A program made the position numbers and the translations under genes. Of a stretch of DNA of 64,000 nt, positions 28,950 through 39,882 are shown piece after piece. Positions within the stretch are counted from its first letter, which is position 1. The number at the start of each line of letters is the position of its first letter. The stretch comes from Candidatus Planktophila sp. (GTDB lineage: Bacteria > Actinomycetota > Actinomycetes > Nanopelagicales > Nanopelagicaceae). The stretch is taken from positions 5,958 through 69,957 of the forward strand of contig JBCKHB010000003.1 of NCBI GenBank assembly GCA_038906075.1. Reading direction: 5' to 3'. The notes beneath the pieces are model-generated. The model was given only the letters and a program-made list of their open reading frames with translations. It had not been told where the DNA came from and ran no database searches.

Positions 28950-29242
28950 GCACATTCTTTGCAAACAGCTTTAGCGCCTTCACCTTTTGCTAATTGAGTA
29001 ATGTGATGGACTAAGAAGCAACGCGAACAAGCAAATTCATCAACTTGTTTTGGAACAACTCGCACAGCTAATTCTTCACCAGATAAATCTGCACCTGGAA
29101 GTTCTAACGTTTCAGCAGCTTCTGCTTCATCAACATCGATCTGACCGGATTGAGCATCAACGCGCTTGGCTTTTAATTCTTGTAACGACTCTTCATGTAG
29201 TTCCTCATCGGTTTTTCTGGGGGTGTCGTAATCCGTTGCCAT
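28946..29242 (-). CDS. DUF4193 family protein
   Basis: MATDYD.PRK, ELPGADLSGEEL, EF.C..CFLV. Confidence 0.92.
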   Translation of the reverse strand: MATDYDTPRKTDEELHEESLQELKAKRVDAQSGQIDVDEAEAAETLELPGADLSGEELAVRVVPKQVDEFACSRCFLVHHITQLAKGEGAKAVCKECA

Positions 29243-29349
29243 TGCTCTCGCCTACTTCCGTCTGTTCAAATAAATGCCACTTTTGCCAACGGGCGCATAG
29301 TGGCGCATTTGAAGGTTTGGTAGTTAATCCAACGCTCGGCGTGTCGGAA

Positions 29350-30825
29350 TTATTCCGTCACAGTGCGTAATTGCGAGATTTGTTTGGCCAAAGCTCCATC
29401 TACCCGAGCGTGAATTGCAGTGCCCTCGGGTAGATATTGCTCACTAATAATTTCACCACGTTCGTGAATTGAACTCACAATATCTCCGCGCTCATAAGGC
29501 ACGATCGTTTTAATTTCAATTTTTGGTCGAGGTAACGAATTTTCAATTGCATGAAGCAGGCCAGCAACGCCAAAACCTGTGCGTACCGAAAAGGCATAAC
29601 TATTTGGCTCGTCCCGAAGAATTGCCATAACGACTTCTGGGTCTGCGATATCAACTTTGTTGATTGCAATTATTTCAGGAATTTCAATGCCACCAATTTC
29701 TTCAATCACTTGGCGCACTGCACGAATTTGTTCGAACGGATCCGCATGCGAACCATCTACAACATGAACGATCAAATCAGCACCCGATACTTCTTCAAGG
29801 GTTGATTTGAAAGCATCGATGAGTTGATGGGGTAAGTGGCGAACGAAACCAACCGTGTCAGTTAGCGTATAAATACGCCCATCACTTGTAATTGACTTGC
29901 GCACAGTTGGATCCAAGGTTACAAAGAGGGCATTATCAACAAGAACACCAGCATTAGTCAGTTTATTTAATAGCGAAGATTTTCCTGCATTGGTATAACC
30001 AGCAATTGCAACTGATGGAATGTTATTGCGTTTGCGCTCTTGTCGTTTAGTATCACGAGAAATTTTCATATCGGCGATTTCGCGGCGCAATTTTGTCATC
30101 TTGTCACGAATGCGGCGGCGATCAGTTTCAATTTTGGTCTCACCTGGACCGCGACCACCAATACCCGCACCTCCTGCGGCCCGACCACCAACTTGGCGCG
30201 AAAGTGATTCACCCCAACCACGAAGACGTGGCAAGAGATATGAAATCTGTGCAAGTTCAACTTGGGCTTTACCTTCTTTACTCTTTGCATGTTGTGCGAA
30301 GATATCCAAAATCAAAGCAGTGCGATCGACAACTTTTACTTTAACTTTCTCTTCTAATTGTCGAAGTTGTGAAGGCGAAAGTTCACCATCACAAATAACT
30401 GTGTCAGCGCCGGTGGATGCAACAATTTGACGCAACTCAATAACTTTTCCAGAACCAATATATGTTGCAGGATCTGGTTTATCACGACGTTGAATTAAAC
30501 CTTCTAGAACTTCTGACCCAGCCGTTTCGGCAAGCGCTCTTAATTCGGCTAAAGAATTCTCAGCCATCTCTGCACTTCCATCGGTCCAAACTCCAACTAA
30601 TATAACTCGTTCAAGTTGTAATTGGCGATACTCGGCAGATGAAATATCTTGTAGTTCTGTAGAAAATCCTTTTACGCGTCGCAGCGCATGGCGATCGGCT
30701 AAATCAGGTTGGGATGAAACTTCATAATCAGATTCTTCGGAATCAAAATCTGCTGCAACTCTTGCACTTTCGCGCAGCAGGGCTTCAAATACCTCTTCAT
30801 TGCGACCAAAAGTTTCATCAACCAA
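29350..30825 (-). CDS. hflX: GTPase HflX
   Basis: GPGETKIETDRR, GYTNAGKS, DTVGF, NKVD; probable TTG start at 30825 after GGAG. Confidence 0.95.
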   Translation of the reverse strand: MVDETFGRNEEVFEALLRESARVAADFDSEESDYEVSSQPDLADRHALRRVKGFSTELQDISSAEYRQLQLERVILVGVWTDGSAEMAENSLAELRALAETAGSEVLEGLIQRRDKPDPATYIGSGKVIELRQIVASTGADTVICDGELSPSQLRQLEEKVKVKVVDRTALILDIFAQHAKSKEGKAQVELAQISYLLPRLRGWGESLSRQVGGRAAGGAGIGGRGPGETKIETDRRRIRDKMTKLRREIADMKISRDTKRQERKRNNIPSVAIAGYTNAGKSSLLNKLTNAGVLVDNALFVTLDPTVRKSITSDGRIYTLTDTVGFVRHLPHQLIDAFKSTLEEVSGADLIVHVVDGSHADPFEQIRAVRQVIEEIGGIEIPEIIAINKVDIADPEVVMAILRDEPNSYAFSVRTGFGVAGLLHAIENSLPRPKIEIKTIVPYERGDIVSSIHERGEIISEQYLPEGTAIHARVDGALAKQISQLRTVTE

Positions 30826-31615
30826 CGAGATACTCCGAAATATCATGCTCGCTTATTAAAACTGCTGGACCGCTAAGAATTGCATTCGAATGTCCGTCAA
30901 TCTCAACTTCTAAGCGCCCACCCGGAGTCTGGACAACCCATTTAGCAGGTAACTTTTCTTTAGAATAAAGCGTAGCCGCAAGTCCAACTGCACAGACTCC
31001 GGTTCCGCATGATTTAGTTTCGCCACTGCCCCGTTCAAAGACTCGCATTTTTAACTCGTGATTTGGTAATACTTGAACAAATTCAACATTGACACCTTCA
31101 GGATAACTATCGCGTGGTCGAACAACTGGGGCATCTTTCATTTCTCCCACTTGGGCTAAATCATCAACAAAGACAACTGCGTGCGGGTTGCCAACACTGA
31201 TGTTATAACCATTCCAAATATGTCCATTCGTTGCCGCCGTTATCTCTTCCTCTTCATCAACGACCGTGCCCATATTTACGGTTATATCCCCCGTCATAGG
31301 AACGCGCATATGTTTTACTCCATCGCGAGTATCGATCCCAAAAATGCCCTCTTTTTGGTGACCACGCTCAACTAAGTAACGCGCCATCACGCGAATTCCA
31401 TTGCCACACATTTGCGCAAGGGAACCATCAGAATTCCTGTAATCCATAAACCATTTTTCATTGCGTTTTGTAATTCTGATTAGTCCATCAGAGCCGATGC
31501 CAGATTCGCGATTACAGATAGCAGCAGTTTGTGCCGTGGTTATTGAGTATTCATTATTTGGATCGAAAACAATTAAAAAATCGTTCTGCGTTCCATGGCC
31601 ATAGGTCGCGATCAT
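30818..31615 (-). CDS. dapF: diaminopimelate epimerase
   Basis: HGTQNDF, MCGNG, GNPH, ERGSGET.SCGTG. Confidence 0.96.
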   Translation of the reverse strand: MIATYGHGTQNDFLIVFDPNNEYSITTAQTAAICNRESGIGSDGLIRITKRNEKWFMDYRNSDGSLAQMCGNGIRVMARYLVERGHQKEGIFGIDTRDGVKHMRVPMTGDITVNMGTVVDEEEEITAATNGHIWNGYNISVGNPHAVVFVDDLAQVGEMKDAPVVRPRDSYPEGVNVEFVQVLPNHELKMRVFERGSGETKSCGTGVCAVGLAATLYSKEKLPAKWVVQTPGGRLEVEIDGHSNAILSGPAVLISEHDISEYLVG

Positions 31616-31633
31616 TGTTTAAGTTTATATCCC

Positions 31634-32536
31634 TTATTGCAGATCTAGTGTGTTCATAATTACTTCAAGACGAGAGGCGACTGGCGAAATCCATTTGATG
31701 CGATCATCACGCGAAAACCAAACCTCTTGTCGACGCGCATATTGCCTAGTTGCACGCTTAGTATCTTCGCGGGCTTCTGCTTCACTGATTTGATCAGCTA
31801 AAAATGAAATCACTTGTGAGTAGCCCAACGCTCGTTGGGCAGTTCTACCTTTAGTGATACCTGCTTCAAGTAAATTCTTAACCTCATCCACTAATCCCAA
31901 ATCCCACATTCGATCTACTCGCTGTGAAATGCGTTCATCTAAAGTTTCGCGCTCCATTACTAGGCCAAACTGCTTAGCATCTGGAAACTTTGTACTGGCT
32001 TCTCTCGGCAAATTTGCGGTAAAAGGTTTACCTGTTATCTCAATTACTTCAAGTGCTCTAATGACGCGCCGCGCATTTGCACTATCGATAGCAAGGGCTG
32101 CTGCTGGATCTAATTTTTCTAAACGTTGGAAGAGCGCGTCCAAACCAATTTTTTCAGCCTCAGCAGTTAATGCAGCGCGAATATCCGGGTCGGTCTCAGG
32201 AAAGTTTAAATCATCCAAAATCGCCTTGATATATAAACCTGTTCCACCAACGATAACGACGCTCTTGTTATGGTTTTGGATTTCTGCAATTTTAGTGCGT
32301 GCACTTTCTTGATACCAAGCAACACTTGCATCTTCGGTTACATCTAAAACATCAAGCAGGTGGTGAATAATTCCGCCTCTATCAAGCTCTGGTAATTTTG
32401 CAGTGCCTATATCCATGCCGCGATATAACTGCATAGAATCAGCATTGATAATTTCGGCCGATATTTCTTTGGCTAATTCAATTGCTAAATCACTTTTGCC
32501 AGTAGCTGTTGCCCCACAAATAACTATTACGCTCAT
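31634..32536 (-). CDS. miaA: tRNA dimethylallyltransferase
   Basis: [29 protein letters not shown]. Confidence 0.97.
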   Translation of the reverse strand: MSVIVICGATATGKSDLAIELAKEISAEIINADSMQLYRGMDIGTAKLPELDRGGIIHHLLDVLDVTEDASVAWYQESARTKIAEIQNHNKSVVIVGGTGLYIKAILDDLNFPETDPDIRAALTAEAEKIGLDALFQRLEKLDPAAALAIDSANARRVIRALEVIEITGKPFTANLPREASTKFPDAKQFGLVMERETLDERISQRVDRMWDLGLVDEVKNLLEAGITKGRTAQRALGYSQVISFLADQISEAEAREDTKRATRQYARRQEVWFSRDDRIKWISPVASRLEVIMNTLDLQ

Positions 32537-33954
32537 CTAGATATTGCAGGCATTCCAAGTAATATTGGCTGTGGCGCCTGTTCTTGCGTACGAAGTTGAT
32601 GTGCATCTCCGCCACGGGTCTTTCGAACGGAGATTGAATCTCCAATTAGATAATGCGCAGATGCATCTGTTATTTCTACCTCAACAATATCTCCCGCTCG
32701 CGCCAACGTTTGGTTTCCAAAATGAACTAACCGGAAATCTTCACTGCGACCCGTTATTCGAGATTGCGCTTCATCTCGACGACCTTCGAAATCTCCCACC
32801 AAAACTTGCATGGTGCGACCTATGGCTTCTCTGTTAACAGAGAGGGAAATACTCTGTTGGTGTTCATGTAAACGCGTATAACGCTGCCCTACAACTTCAG
32901 GTGAAATTTGATTTGGCATTTCTGCTGCAGGTGTACCAGGGCGCTTTGAATATTGATATGTATAAGCCGCAGCAAAGCGAGCTTGCGTACAAATATCTAG
33001 CGTTGCTTGAAAATCTTCTTCGGTCTCCCCCGGAAAACCAACAATTATGTCGGTAGTAATGCAGGCGTTAGGCATCGCACTTCGAGCACGTTCGAGAATT
33101 CCTAAATAACGATCGCTGCGATAGGAACGACGCATCTCTTGCAAGATACGATTAGAACCCGATTGCAGTGGCATATGCAAATGTGGCATCACATTTGAAG
33201 TTTCCGCCATTGCATCTATCACATCGTCGGTGAAATCACGTGGATGTGGCGACATGAACCGCACTCGTTCTAAACCTTCGATTTTGCCACACTCGCGCAG
33301 TAAATTTGCAAAAGCACCTCGGTCGCCAAAATCAACACCATAAGCATTCACATTTTGTCCAAGCAAAGTTATCTCAATTACGCCTTGCGCAACTAAGGTT
33401 TGAATTTCCTTAAGAATATCTCGCGATGAACGATCTTTCTCAATTCCTCTAAGTGTTGGAACGATGCAGAAAGTGCAACTGTTATTACAACCAACTGATA
33501 CTGAAACCCAAGAAGAGAAAGCCGATAACCGGCGGGCAGGAAGAGTAGAGGGAAAATGCTCAAGTGACTCTAAAATTTCTATCTGCGATTGCTCTTCAAT
33601 TCGCGCTCGTTCAAGCAATACTGGCAAAGAACCAATATTATGCGTGCCGAAAACGACATCGACATAAGGCGCTTTTTTTAAAATCAGGGCTTGATCTTTC
33701 TGTGCCAAACAGCCACCTACGGCAATTTGCATCGTTGGGTTTGCTTTCTTAATAGGGGCTAGAAAACTTAAATTTCCATAAAGTTTATTGTCAGCGTTCT
33801 CACGAACTGCGCAAGTATTAAAAACTACTATGTCAGCTTGGGTTCCGACTTCAGCAGGGATGAATCCTGCCTCATCTAGCAACCCCGAAATTCTTTCGGA
33901 GTCATGCACATTCATTTGACAGCCATAAGTTATAACTGTGTATGTGCGTCTCAT
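32533..33954 (-). CDS. miaB: tRNA-2-methylthio-N6-dimethylallyladenosine synthase
   Basis: [25 protein letters not shown] radical-SAM motif, TRAM domain. Confidence 0.97.
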   Translation of the reverse strand: MRRTYTVITYGCQMNVHDSERISGLLDEAGFIPAEVGTQADIVVFNTCAVRENADNKLYGNLSFLAPIKKANPTMQIAVGGCLAQKDQALILKKAPYVDVVFGTHNIGSLPVLLERARIEEQSQIEILESLEHFPSTLPARRLSAFSSWVSVSVGCNNSCTFCIVPTLRGIEKDRSSRDILKEIQTLVAQGVIEITLLGQNVNAYGVDFGDRGAFANLLRECGKIEGLERVRFMSPHPRDFTDDVIDAMAETSNVMPHLHMPLQSGSNRILQEMRRSYRSDRYLGILERARSAMPNACITTDIIVGFPGETEEDFQATLDICTQARFAAAYTYQYSKRPGTPAAEMPNQISPEVVGQRYTRLHEHQQSISLSVNREAIGRTMQVLVGDFEGRRDEAQSRITGRSEDFRLVHFGNQTLARAGDIVEVEITDASAHYLIGDSISVRKTRGGDAHQLRTQEQAPQPILLGMPAISR

Positions 33955-33975
33955 GCGCTAATCGTAATGCTTCTT

Positions 33976-34716
33976 TTAAAGTGGAATAACCGAAACTTCT
34001 AGGCTGGCACGATCAACAAGTAAAATTTGATGATTAGGAAGTGGTTTCCAGCCATTTTGTTCCCAGCCAGTAGATGCAACTAATACTGCATTTTGGTCTT
34101 TTTTATATTTCAATTCATAGTAATCAGCAGGTGCCCAATCTGGATGGCGTTCTGGATGATGTTCACAAATTACAACAAAGAAATCTTCGTTCATAATCAT
34201 GGCATTTATGCTTGAGTAATCCATACTTTCACGAATTCTATTTACTGCAATTTTCACACCGTCTACCAAGCCATGTTCACTGATTGCAGACAATAGATAA
34301 TAAAAATATCTTTCACTATCTGTATCCCCAATAATAAAGCGCTTATAAATTGGTGCTATAAATGAATCCATTGCCGCTGGAGGGAAAATTGCACCATTAT
34401 GGATAAAAGAGAAATCCTCATATACAAATGGATGGGTGTTGTCTTGGCTTACTGGCAAACCCTTAGTCGCCCAACGCAGGTGTAATAGCGAACCATCGGC
34501 AGAACTCTTAGCTAGCGCTTTCTTAAAGTTCTCACTAGTAACTGCCGTTTCAGGGGCGCGATCTAGGGTTGCAACGCGCTCTGCGTGATTAATTGAAGCG
34601 ATACCCCAGCCATCACAATGCACGAATGAAAGCGAGACGAATTCTTTAAAATTTGATCCAACTATATTTTCGAAAGTTGTTTTTTCATCGCTCACATAAC
34701 CCATTAATCTACACAT
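33976..34716 (-). CDS. class II glutamine amidotransferase-like Ntn hydrolase (EgtC/YafJ-like)
   Basis: MCRL N-terminal Cys, DGWG, HLRWAT, NTHPF, HNG, TDSE. Confidence 0.9.
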   Translation of the reverse strand: MCRLMGYVSDEKTTFENIVGSNFKEFVSLSFVHCDGWGIASINHAERVATLDRAPETAVTSENFKKALAKSSADGSLLHLRWATKGLPVSQDNTHPFVYEDFSFIHNGAIFPPAAMDSFIAPIYKRFIIGDTDSERYFYYLLSAISEHGLVDGVKIAVNRIRESMDYSSINAMIMNEDFFVVICEHHPERHPDWAPADYYELKYKKDQNAVLVASTGWEQNGWKPLPNHQILLVDRASLEVSVIPL

Positions 34717-34754
34717 GTGGGCAATCTTATTGCTTTAGTAATAAGTAAAGCCGA

Positions 34755-34778
34755 GGCCGCGACCAGAGGATCGCGGCC
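34755..34778 (-). terminator. GC-rich hairpin downstream of the permease
   Basis: GGCCGCGA-N8-TCGCGGCC; weak U-tract. Confidence 0.4.
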
Positions 34779-34794
34779 CCAACTACAATACGAC

Positions 34795-36276
34795 TTAGGC
34801 TATATCTTTCCCGACGTGCTCCTGCGCGAACTTCTCCTCTGGCGACAGGACCAGTCGATGCCGACCGAACAACACGAAGTAGATGATGCCGACGGCGAAC
34901 CAGATGGCCACCCACAACACGCCCTGGGTATAGGCCGGGTCGCCGGTGAGTTGGACGTACAGCGTTACGGCAGCGATAATCATGGTCAGCACCGCTCCGC
35001 CGGTACCCAGCGGGCTGCGGTACGGCCGCTCGAGATGCGGCATCTTCTTGCGCAACAGGATGAACGAGAGCGCTTGGAGGAAGTAGGAGAACATCGCGCC
35101 GAAGACCGCCATATTCAGCAGGATGCCGCCGATGACGGTGCCGCCGCGTGACTCGCCCAGACCGAACCAGAGCAGAAACATCACTGTCAGCGCTAGAACG
35201 CTGCCCATCACCATCGCCACGTACGGGGTTTTGCGCTTACCGTGGGTGACCGACAGGAACTGCGGGAAATAGCCGGCTCGGCTAAGCGAATAGATTTGCC
35301 GACCCTTGGCGAAGATAATCGTGTGGAAACTAGCGACCAAGCCCAGCACTGCGACCAGCGCCAGACCGCGGGCGAAGTTCTCGCCGTAGATAGCCTTGAA
35401 GCCGTCCAGCAGCGGTTCGCCCGACTGCCCGAGCGCATGCGAACCAACGCCAATCACGGCCGGATTGAGCCAGACAATCATCAGCGCCGAGATGATCAGT
35501 GTGAACATGCCCCAGATAATGCCCCTGGGCATGTCGCGCTTTACATCAATCGACTCCTCAGCGGTCAGCGGCAGTTGCTCGATGGCCAGGAACAACCAGA
35601 CCGCGAACGGCATCGCCGACAGTATGCCAGCCAAGCCCAGCGGTAGAAACGGGCCGCCGCCCTCCGCAAGTTTGACGCCGCCCGCACCGACATCCATCGC
35701 CCAGCGGCTGAAGTCGATGTTGGGCAGGGCGCTCACCCAGAAGACCACCAGAGTGGCCAGCGCCAGTACGGTTGTTACCACCGCAATCTTGAGCGACTGC
35801 TCCACGCCTAGGATGTTCAGACCCACAAATATCAGGTAAAAAGCGATCCACCAGAGCGGCTGAAGATTGGTGGGGGTGTCGAAGATGCTGCCCATGTAAC
35901 TGCCGATGAAGAATACGATCACCGCTGGAGTCAGCACATACATGACATTTTCGGCCAGTCCAGTGATATAGCCGCCCCAAGGACCCATGGTGCTACGCGC
36001 AAATGAGTAGGCACCACCGGTATGCGGCAGCGCCGGCGACATTTCGGCGAGCGAAAAGGTCAGGCCCAGGTACATCACCGCGATGAGGATCGCGGCGATC
36101 AGCATGCTGCCCCAGCCGTTGGCCAGACCCAGGTTCCAGCCCGAGAAATGGCCGGAAATAACCGCGCCCACTCCCAGCGCCCATAGCGACCCCACCCCGG
36201 CATAGCGGCGCAGTCCACGTTTATCGAAGTAGGCCTGATCGACCTTGGTGTAGCTAACTCCGGATTGTTTACTCAT
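34795..36276 (-). CDS. APC-family permease, ethanolamine permease (Eat)-like; high-GC import
   Basis: LWALGVGAVISG.FSGWN.G, AEMS.ALPHTGGAYSFAR, W.FLAIE motifs; start reassigned to ATG 36276 with GGGGGG SD. Confidence 0.9.
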   Translation of the reverse strand: MSKQSGVSYTKVDQAYFDKRGLRRYAGVGSLWALGVGAVISGHFSGWNLGLANGWGSMLIAAILIAVMYLGLTFSLAEMSPALPHTGGAYSFARSTMGPWGGYITGLAENVMYVLTPAVIVFFIGSYMGSIFDTPTNLQPLWWIAFYLIFVGLNILGVEQSLKIAVVTTVLALATLVVFWVSALPNIDFSRWAMDVGAGGVKLAEGGGPFLPLGLAGILSAMPFAVWLFLAIEQLPLTAEESIDVKRDMPRGIIWGMFTLIISALMIVWLNPAVIGVGSHALGQSGEPLLDGFKAIYGENFARGLALVAVLGLVASFHTIIFAKGRQIYSLSRAGYFPQFLSVTHGKRKTPYVAMVMGSVLALTVMFLLWFGLGESRGGTVIGGILLNMAVFGAMFSYFLQALSFILLRKKMPHLERPYRSPLGTGGAVLTMIIAAVTLYVQLTGDPAYTQGVLWVAIWFAVGIIYFVLFGRHRLVLSPEEKFAQEHVGKDIA

Positions 36277-36400
36277 AAGTCCCCCCAAGTATTGGCTCCG
36301 AATTGTTTCGAGCCTTGCCGCATATAGTGACCCTAATTTCGACATAATGGAAGGACATTTGCCCTTATTTTTTCACCAATTTAAATGAATTCTTGCCTAT

Positions 36401-37342
36401 TTATGCAGAAGGCTTCCTGGCTGCTTGCGCCAGCATCTCCTCAAATTCCTTGCTATTAAAAGCTCGTTCGGCCTCGCCATATTTATGCGTGCCCCAGTCC
36501 CAGAAATCAAAATCTATGGTTGATGCCGAACTTTGAATCGATGCCCAGAGCGTCCAGCCATATTTTGCGAGCAAGGCAAATAACCAAGCCCGTGCAAATT
36601 TTTCAGGTCTCGATGCCCCGTAATAAGCAGTGACCAGTTCTTCTAACTTTTCCAAATCTAGAAAAGCTTCGGCCCAAATATTGCCTAATTCAAAACAGGC
36701 ATCATTATTGCCCGAGTATTCATAATCGATTAACCAAATTTTTTTACCATCGTCGATAAAATTACCCGGTAGTAAATCATTGTTGCAGGGCACGGTCCCT
36801 TCAGCTAGAACCGCAAGTGCTTTTGCAATTTTGCCGATATGTATTTCATAATCGCGATAGCGATCTGGCAATCTAAAGCCGCGCTCTTGAACTACTTTTA
36901 AATAGCGCGCTTGTACCTTAAACATGTCAAAATCATTAACAAATCGCTGCGATGCGTGAAGCGTCCTGCAACTCTGCGCGATTCGGTCTAGATTTTGCGA
37001 TACATCTTCAGCGCTACAAGTTCGACCCGGCAGATAGCCAATGACAAGTAAGCCTTGCCCGGCAAGATAATCAAAGACAGGCGCTCCAATATTATTTTCG
37101 GCTGCTCGTTTCGAGTTCTCATATTCTGCATCTCGATCAATTGATAGCAGCGATGAATCATTACTAGAGATGCGTGCCACATATTTACCACTATCGGTGG
37201 TAATTAATAGATTTCTATTTGTTAAGCCACCTGAAAGTTCGGTTATCGTCGTCCGACTTTTAAGGAGTGGAACTTGATTTAATAAAACCCCATAAAGTTC
37301 TTCAAACTCACTCTGGCTACTTGGCACCTGCATAGGATACAT
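36401..37342 (-). CDS. choline/ethanolamine kinase family phosphotransferase
   Basis: LSGGLTNRN, CNNDLL..N (Brenner-like), LIDYEYSG.ND; start may be 37333. Confidence 0.88.
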   Translation of the reverse strand: MYPMQVPSSQSEFEELYGVLLNQVPLLKSRTTITELSGGLTNRNLLITTDSGKYVARISSNDSSLLSIDRDAEYENSKRAAENNIGAPVFDYLAGQGLLVIGYLPGRTCSAEDVSQNLDRIAQSCRTLHASQRFVNDFDMFKVQARYLKVVQERGFRLPDRYRDYEIHIGKIAKALAVLAEGTVPCNNDLLPGNFIDDGKKIWLIDYEYSGNNDACFELGNIWAEAFLDLEKLEELVTAYYGASRPEKFARAWLFALLAKYGWTLWASIQSSASTIDFDFWDWGTHKYGEAERAFNSKEFEEMLAQAARKPSA

Positions 37343-37349
37343 TTCAACT

Positions 37350-39794
37350 ATGTCCGAAGGTAATGTCCCTGACCGCGCGCGAATAGTAATAATCGGTGGC
37401 GGAGTTGGTGGAACATCAGTTGCCTATCACTTGACCCAACTTGGGCAAAAAGATGTTGTTCTGCTCGATAGGAGCGAACTCACAAGTGGTTCAACATTTC
37501 ATTCAGCAGGTTTAGTCGGCCAATTACGCGCGGATCCCACACTTACCAAGATGAATATGCATTCGGTTGATCTCTATCGGCAGTTAGAAAAAACTGATAC
37601 CCCACCGAGTTGGCGCGAATGCGGAAGTATTAAATTAGCTTCATCGCCAGAACGAATGGAAGAAATTCGTCGCCAAATTGGGTGGGCTAAAACTTTTGGT
37701 TTAGACCTTACAGAAATTTCACCTAGCCAGGCCCAGGAACTTTTCCCGCTCATCGACTTAAAAGGCGTAGTTGGTGCTTGTTATATGGCAACTGATGGAC
37801 AAGTTGATCCATCGCAATTAGCCATGGCGCTGGCAAATGGCGCACGCAAAGCTGGTGCAAAAATTCTAACTCACACTCGCGTTTTGGGTATTGAAACCAA
37901 AGATGGACGCGTCTCTAAAGTAATAACAAATAAAGGCGATATCGAGTGCGAAATTGTTGTTAATTGCGGTGGCATATTTGCACCAGAAATTGGAAGGCTC
38001 TTAGATCTTCGCATTCCAATTGTTCCTATGAGCCATCAATACATGATTACTGATAATTTCTTAACCCCTGGTGCTCCACTTCTTCCATCACTTAGAGATC
38101 CAGATAATTTGATTTACTTTCGCCAAGAAGTAGATGGATTGCTAATGGGTGGCTATGAAAGAAATTCCAAAGCGTGGACCGCTGATTTCGAAAATTTTGA
38201 TGACATTCCTAGTGATTTTAATGGGCGCCTGTTACCCGAAGATTGGGATCGCTTTGAAGATATTGCAGATGCCTCACAAAAACGCGTTCCACAAATGGGA
38301 AAGATTGGCATTAAGAATTTCATCAATGGACCTGAAGGTTTTACTCCAGATAACGAATTTTGTTTAGGCGAGACACAAATTGGTGGCTTTTATGTTGCGG
38401 CAGGTTTTTGCGCCCACGGAATTGCAGGGGCAGGTGGTATTGGAAAAGTAATGGCCGAATGGATCGTTGCCGGTGAACCAACCATGGATTTGTGGCATAT
38501 GGATATCAATCGCTTTGGCCAATCTTATAAATCACCCGACTACACGCTAAAACGTGTTAAAGAAAATTATGAGGAGTATTACGATATCCATTACCCCGGT
38601 GAAGAGCGCCAATCAGGGCGCCCGTTAAAGACATCTCCAGTTTATGCGTGGCATAAGAATAACGGCGCAATCTTTGGCGAAAAATCCGGCTGGGAGCGCG
38701 TAAATTTCTACGAAACTCATATAGGTGATGACAAATTGCGCCCCTATGGTTGGGCAGGAAATCATTGGTCATCTGCTGTAATGGTTGAACATCATGCAAC
38801 GCGCAACGCTGCTGGGCTATTTGACGAATCAAGTTTTGCTAAATTTATTATAAGTGGTTCGAGAGCGCCAGAATTTCTCAATTTCGTCTGCGCAAATAAC
38901 GTAGCGCGAGGCGTAGGTCGCACCAGCTATACCCAAGCCCTAAATTCACGCGGCGGAATTGAATCCGATTACACCGTAACGCAAACAGGTGACTCTGAAT
39001 TTTTCATTGTTACTGGAACTGCTTTTGCCACTCATGACTTAAATTGGTTGCGCAAAATGGCGCGCGAAAATAACTATAGTGACGTTGAAATGCGCGATGT
39101 AACTTCAGAGTTAGCTTGCTTTGGAATTTGGGGACCTAAATCTCGCCAAATTTTAGAAACTCTAACCGAGGCAGAGTTAGGACATAAAGAATTTCCTTTT
39201 ATGCGCTCGCGCGAAATCGAATTAGCCCAAAGTAATGTGCGTCTTACTCGCATTACTTATGTGGGTGAGCTTGGATATGAAATATATCTGCCCATTTCCG
39301 ATGGTCTAAAAGTATGGGAAGCCCTTATTTCTGCGGGTAGTCCAATGGGTCTAGTGCCGTGTGGTTATAAGGCAATCGAATCACTTCGATTGGAAAAAGG
39401 ATATCGGGCATGGGCGGGTGAAATTAATAGTGAAACTTGCCCATTTGAAGCAGGTTTGGATTTTGCAGTTGATATGACAAAAAATAATTTTATGGGCAAA
39501 GATGCATTAACCAAATTTACTCCGAAACGAAAATTAGTTGCCATTGTTTTTGATGACATTAGGCAAGTACCCCTTGGAAATGAACCAATTCGCAAAGATG
39601 GCCAGATTATCGGGCGAGTCAAAAGTGGCGGACAGGGTTATACAATTGGGAAAGCAATTGGGTATGCATATTTGCCAATAGAGCGCGCAAATTTTGGAAC
39701 CGAAGTCGAGATTGAATTTTTTGGCAACTGGCAAAGGGGAGTAATCACTAGCGAACCGCTGCATGATCCAAATAACTTGGCGATAAAAGCGTAA
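37350..39794 (+). CDS. FAD-dependent oxidoreductase with GcvT folate-binding domain (dimethylglycine/sarcosine dehydrogenase-like)
   Basis: IIGGGVGG, SGSTFHSAG, NGPEGFTPD, GWER, YVGELGYE, SLRLEKGY. Confidence 0.92.
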   Translation: MSEGNVPDRARIVIIGGGVGGTSVAYHLTQLGQKDVVLLDRSELTSGSTFHSAGLVGQLRADPTLTKMNMHSVDLYRQLEKTDTPPSWRECGSIKLASSPERMEEIRRQIGWAKTFGLDLTEISPSQAQELFPLIDLKGVVGACYMATDGQVDPSQLAMALANGARKAGAKILTHTRVLGIETKDGRVSKVITNKGDIECEIVVNCGGIFAPEIGRLLDLRIPIVPMSHQYMITDNFLTPGAPLLPSLRDPDNLIYFRQEVDGLLMGGYERNSKAWTADFENFDDIPSDFNGRLLPEDWDRFEDIADASQKRVPQMGKIGIKNFINGPEGFTPDNEFCLGETQIGGFYVAAGFCAHGIAGAGGIGKVMAEWIVAGEPTMDLWHMDINRFGQSYKSPDYTLKRVKENYEEYYDIHYPGEERQSGRPLKTSPVYAWHKNNGAIFGEKSGWERVNFYETHIGDDKLRPYGWAGNHWSSAVMVEHHATRNAAGLFDESSFAKFIISGSRAPEFLNFVCANNVARGVGRTSYTQALNSRGGIESDYTVTQTGDSEFFIVTGTAFATHDLNWLRKMARENNYSDVEMRDVTSELACFGIWGPKSRQILETLTEAELGHKEFPFMRSREIELAQSNVRLTRITYVGELGYEIYLPISDGLKVWEALISAGSPMGLVPCGYKAIESLRLEKGYRAWAGEINSETCPFEAGLDFAVDMTKNNFMGKDALTKFTPKRKLVAIVFDDIRQVPLGNEPIRKDGQIIGRVKSGGQGYTIGKAIGYAYLPIERANFGTEVEIEFFGNWQRGVITSEPLHDPNNLAIKA

Positions 39795-39882
39795 TAAGGG
39801 CTAGCCCTCGTCTAATCAGTTATGCAAACAAGAGTTTCTTTGGCAGGATAGCCCTTAAGAATTTACCTAAGAAGGGTTCCCC

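Noticed and set aside
34717-36184. Several long overlapping ORFs around the permease
   Set aside because: Shadow frames expected in high-GC3 DNA; no motifs.
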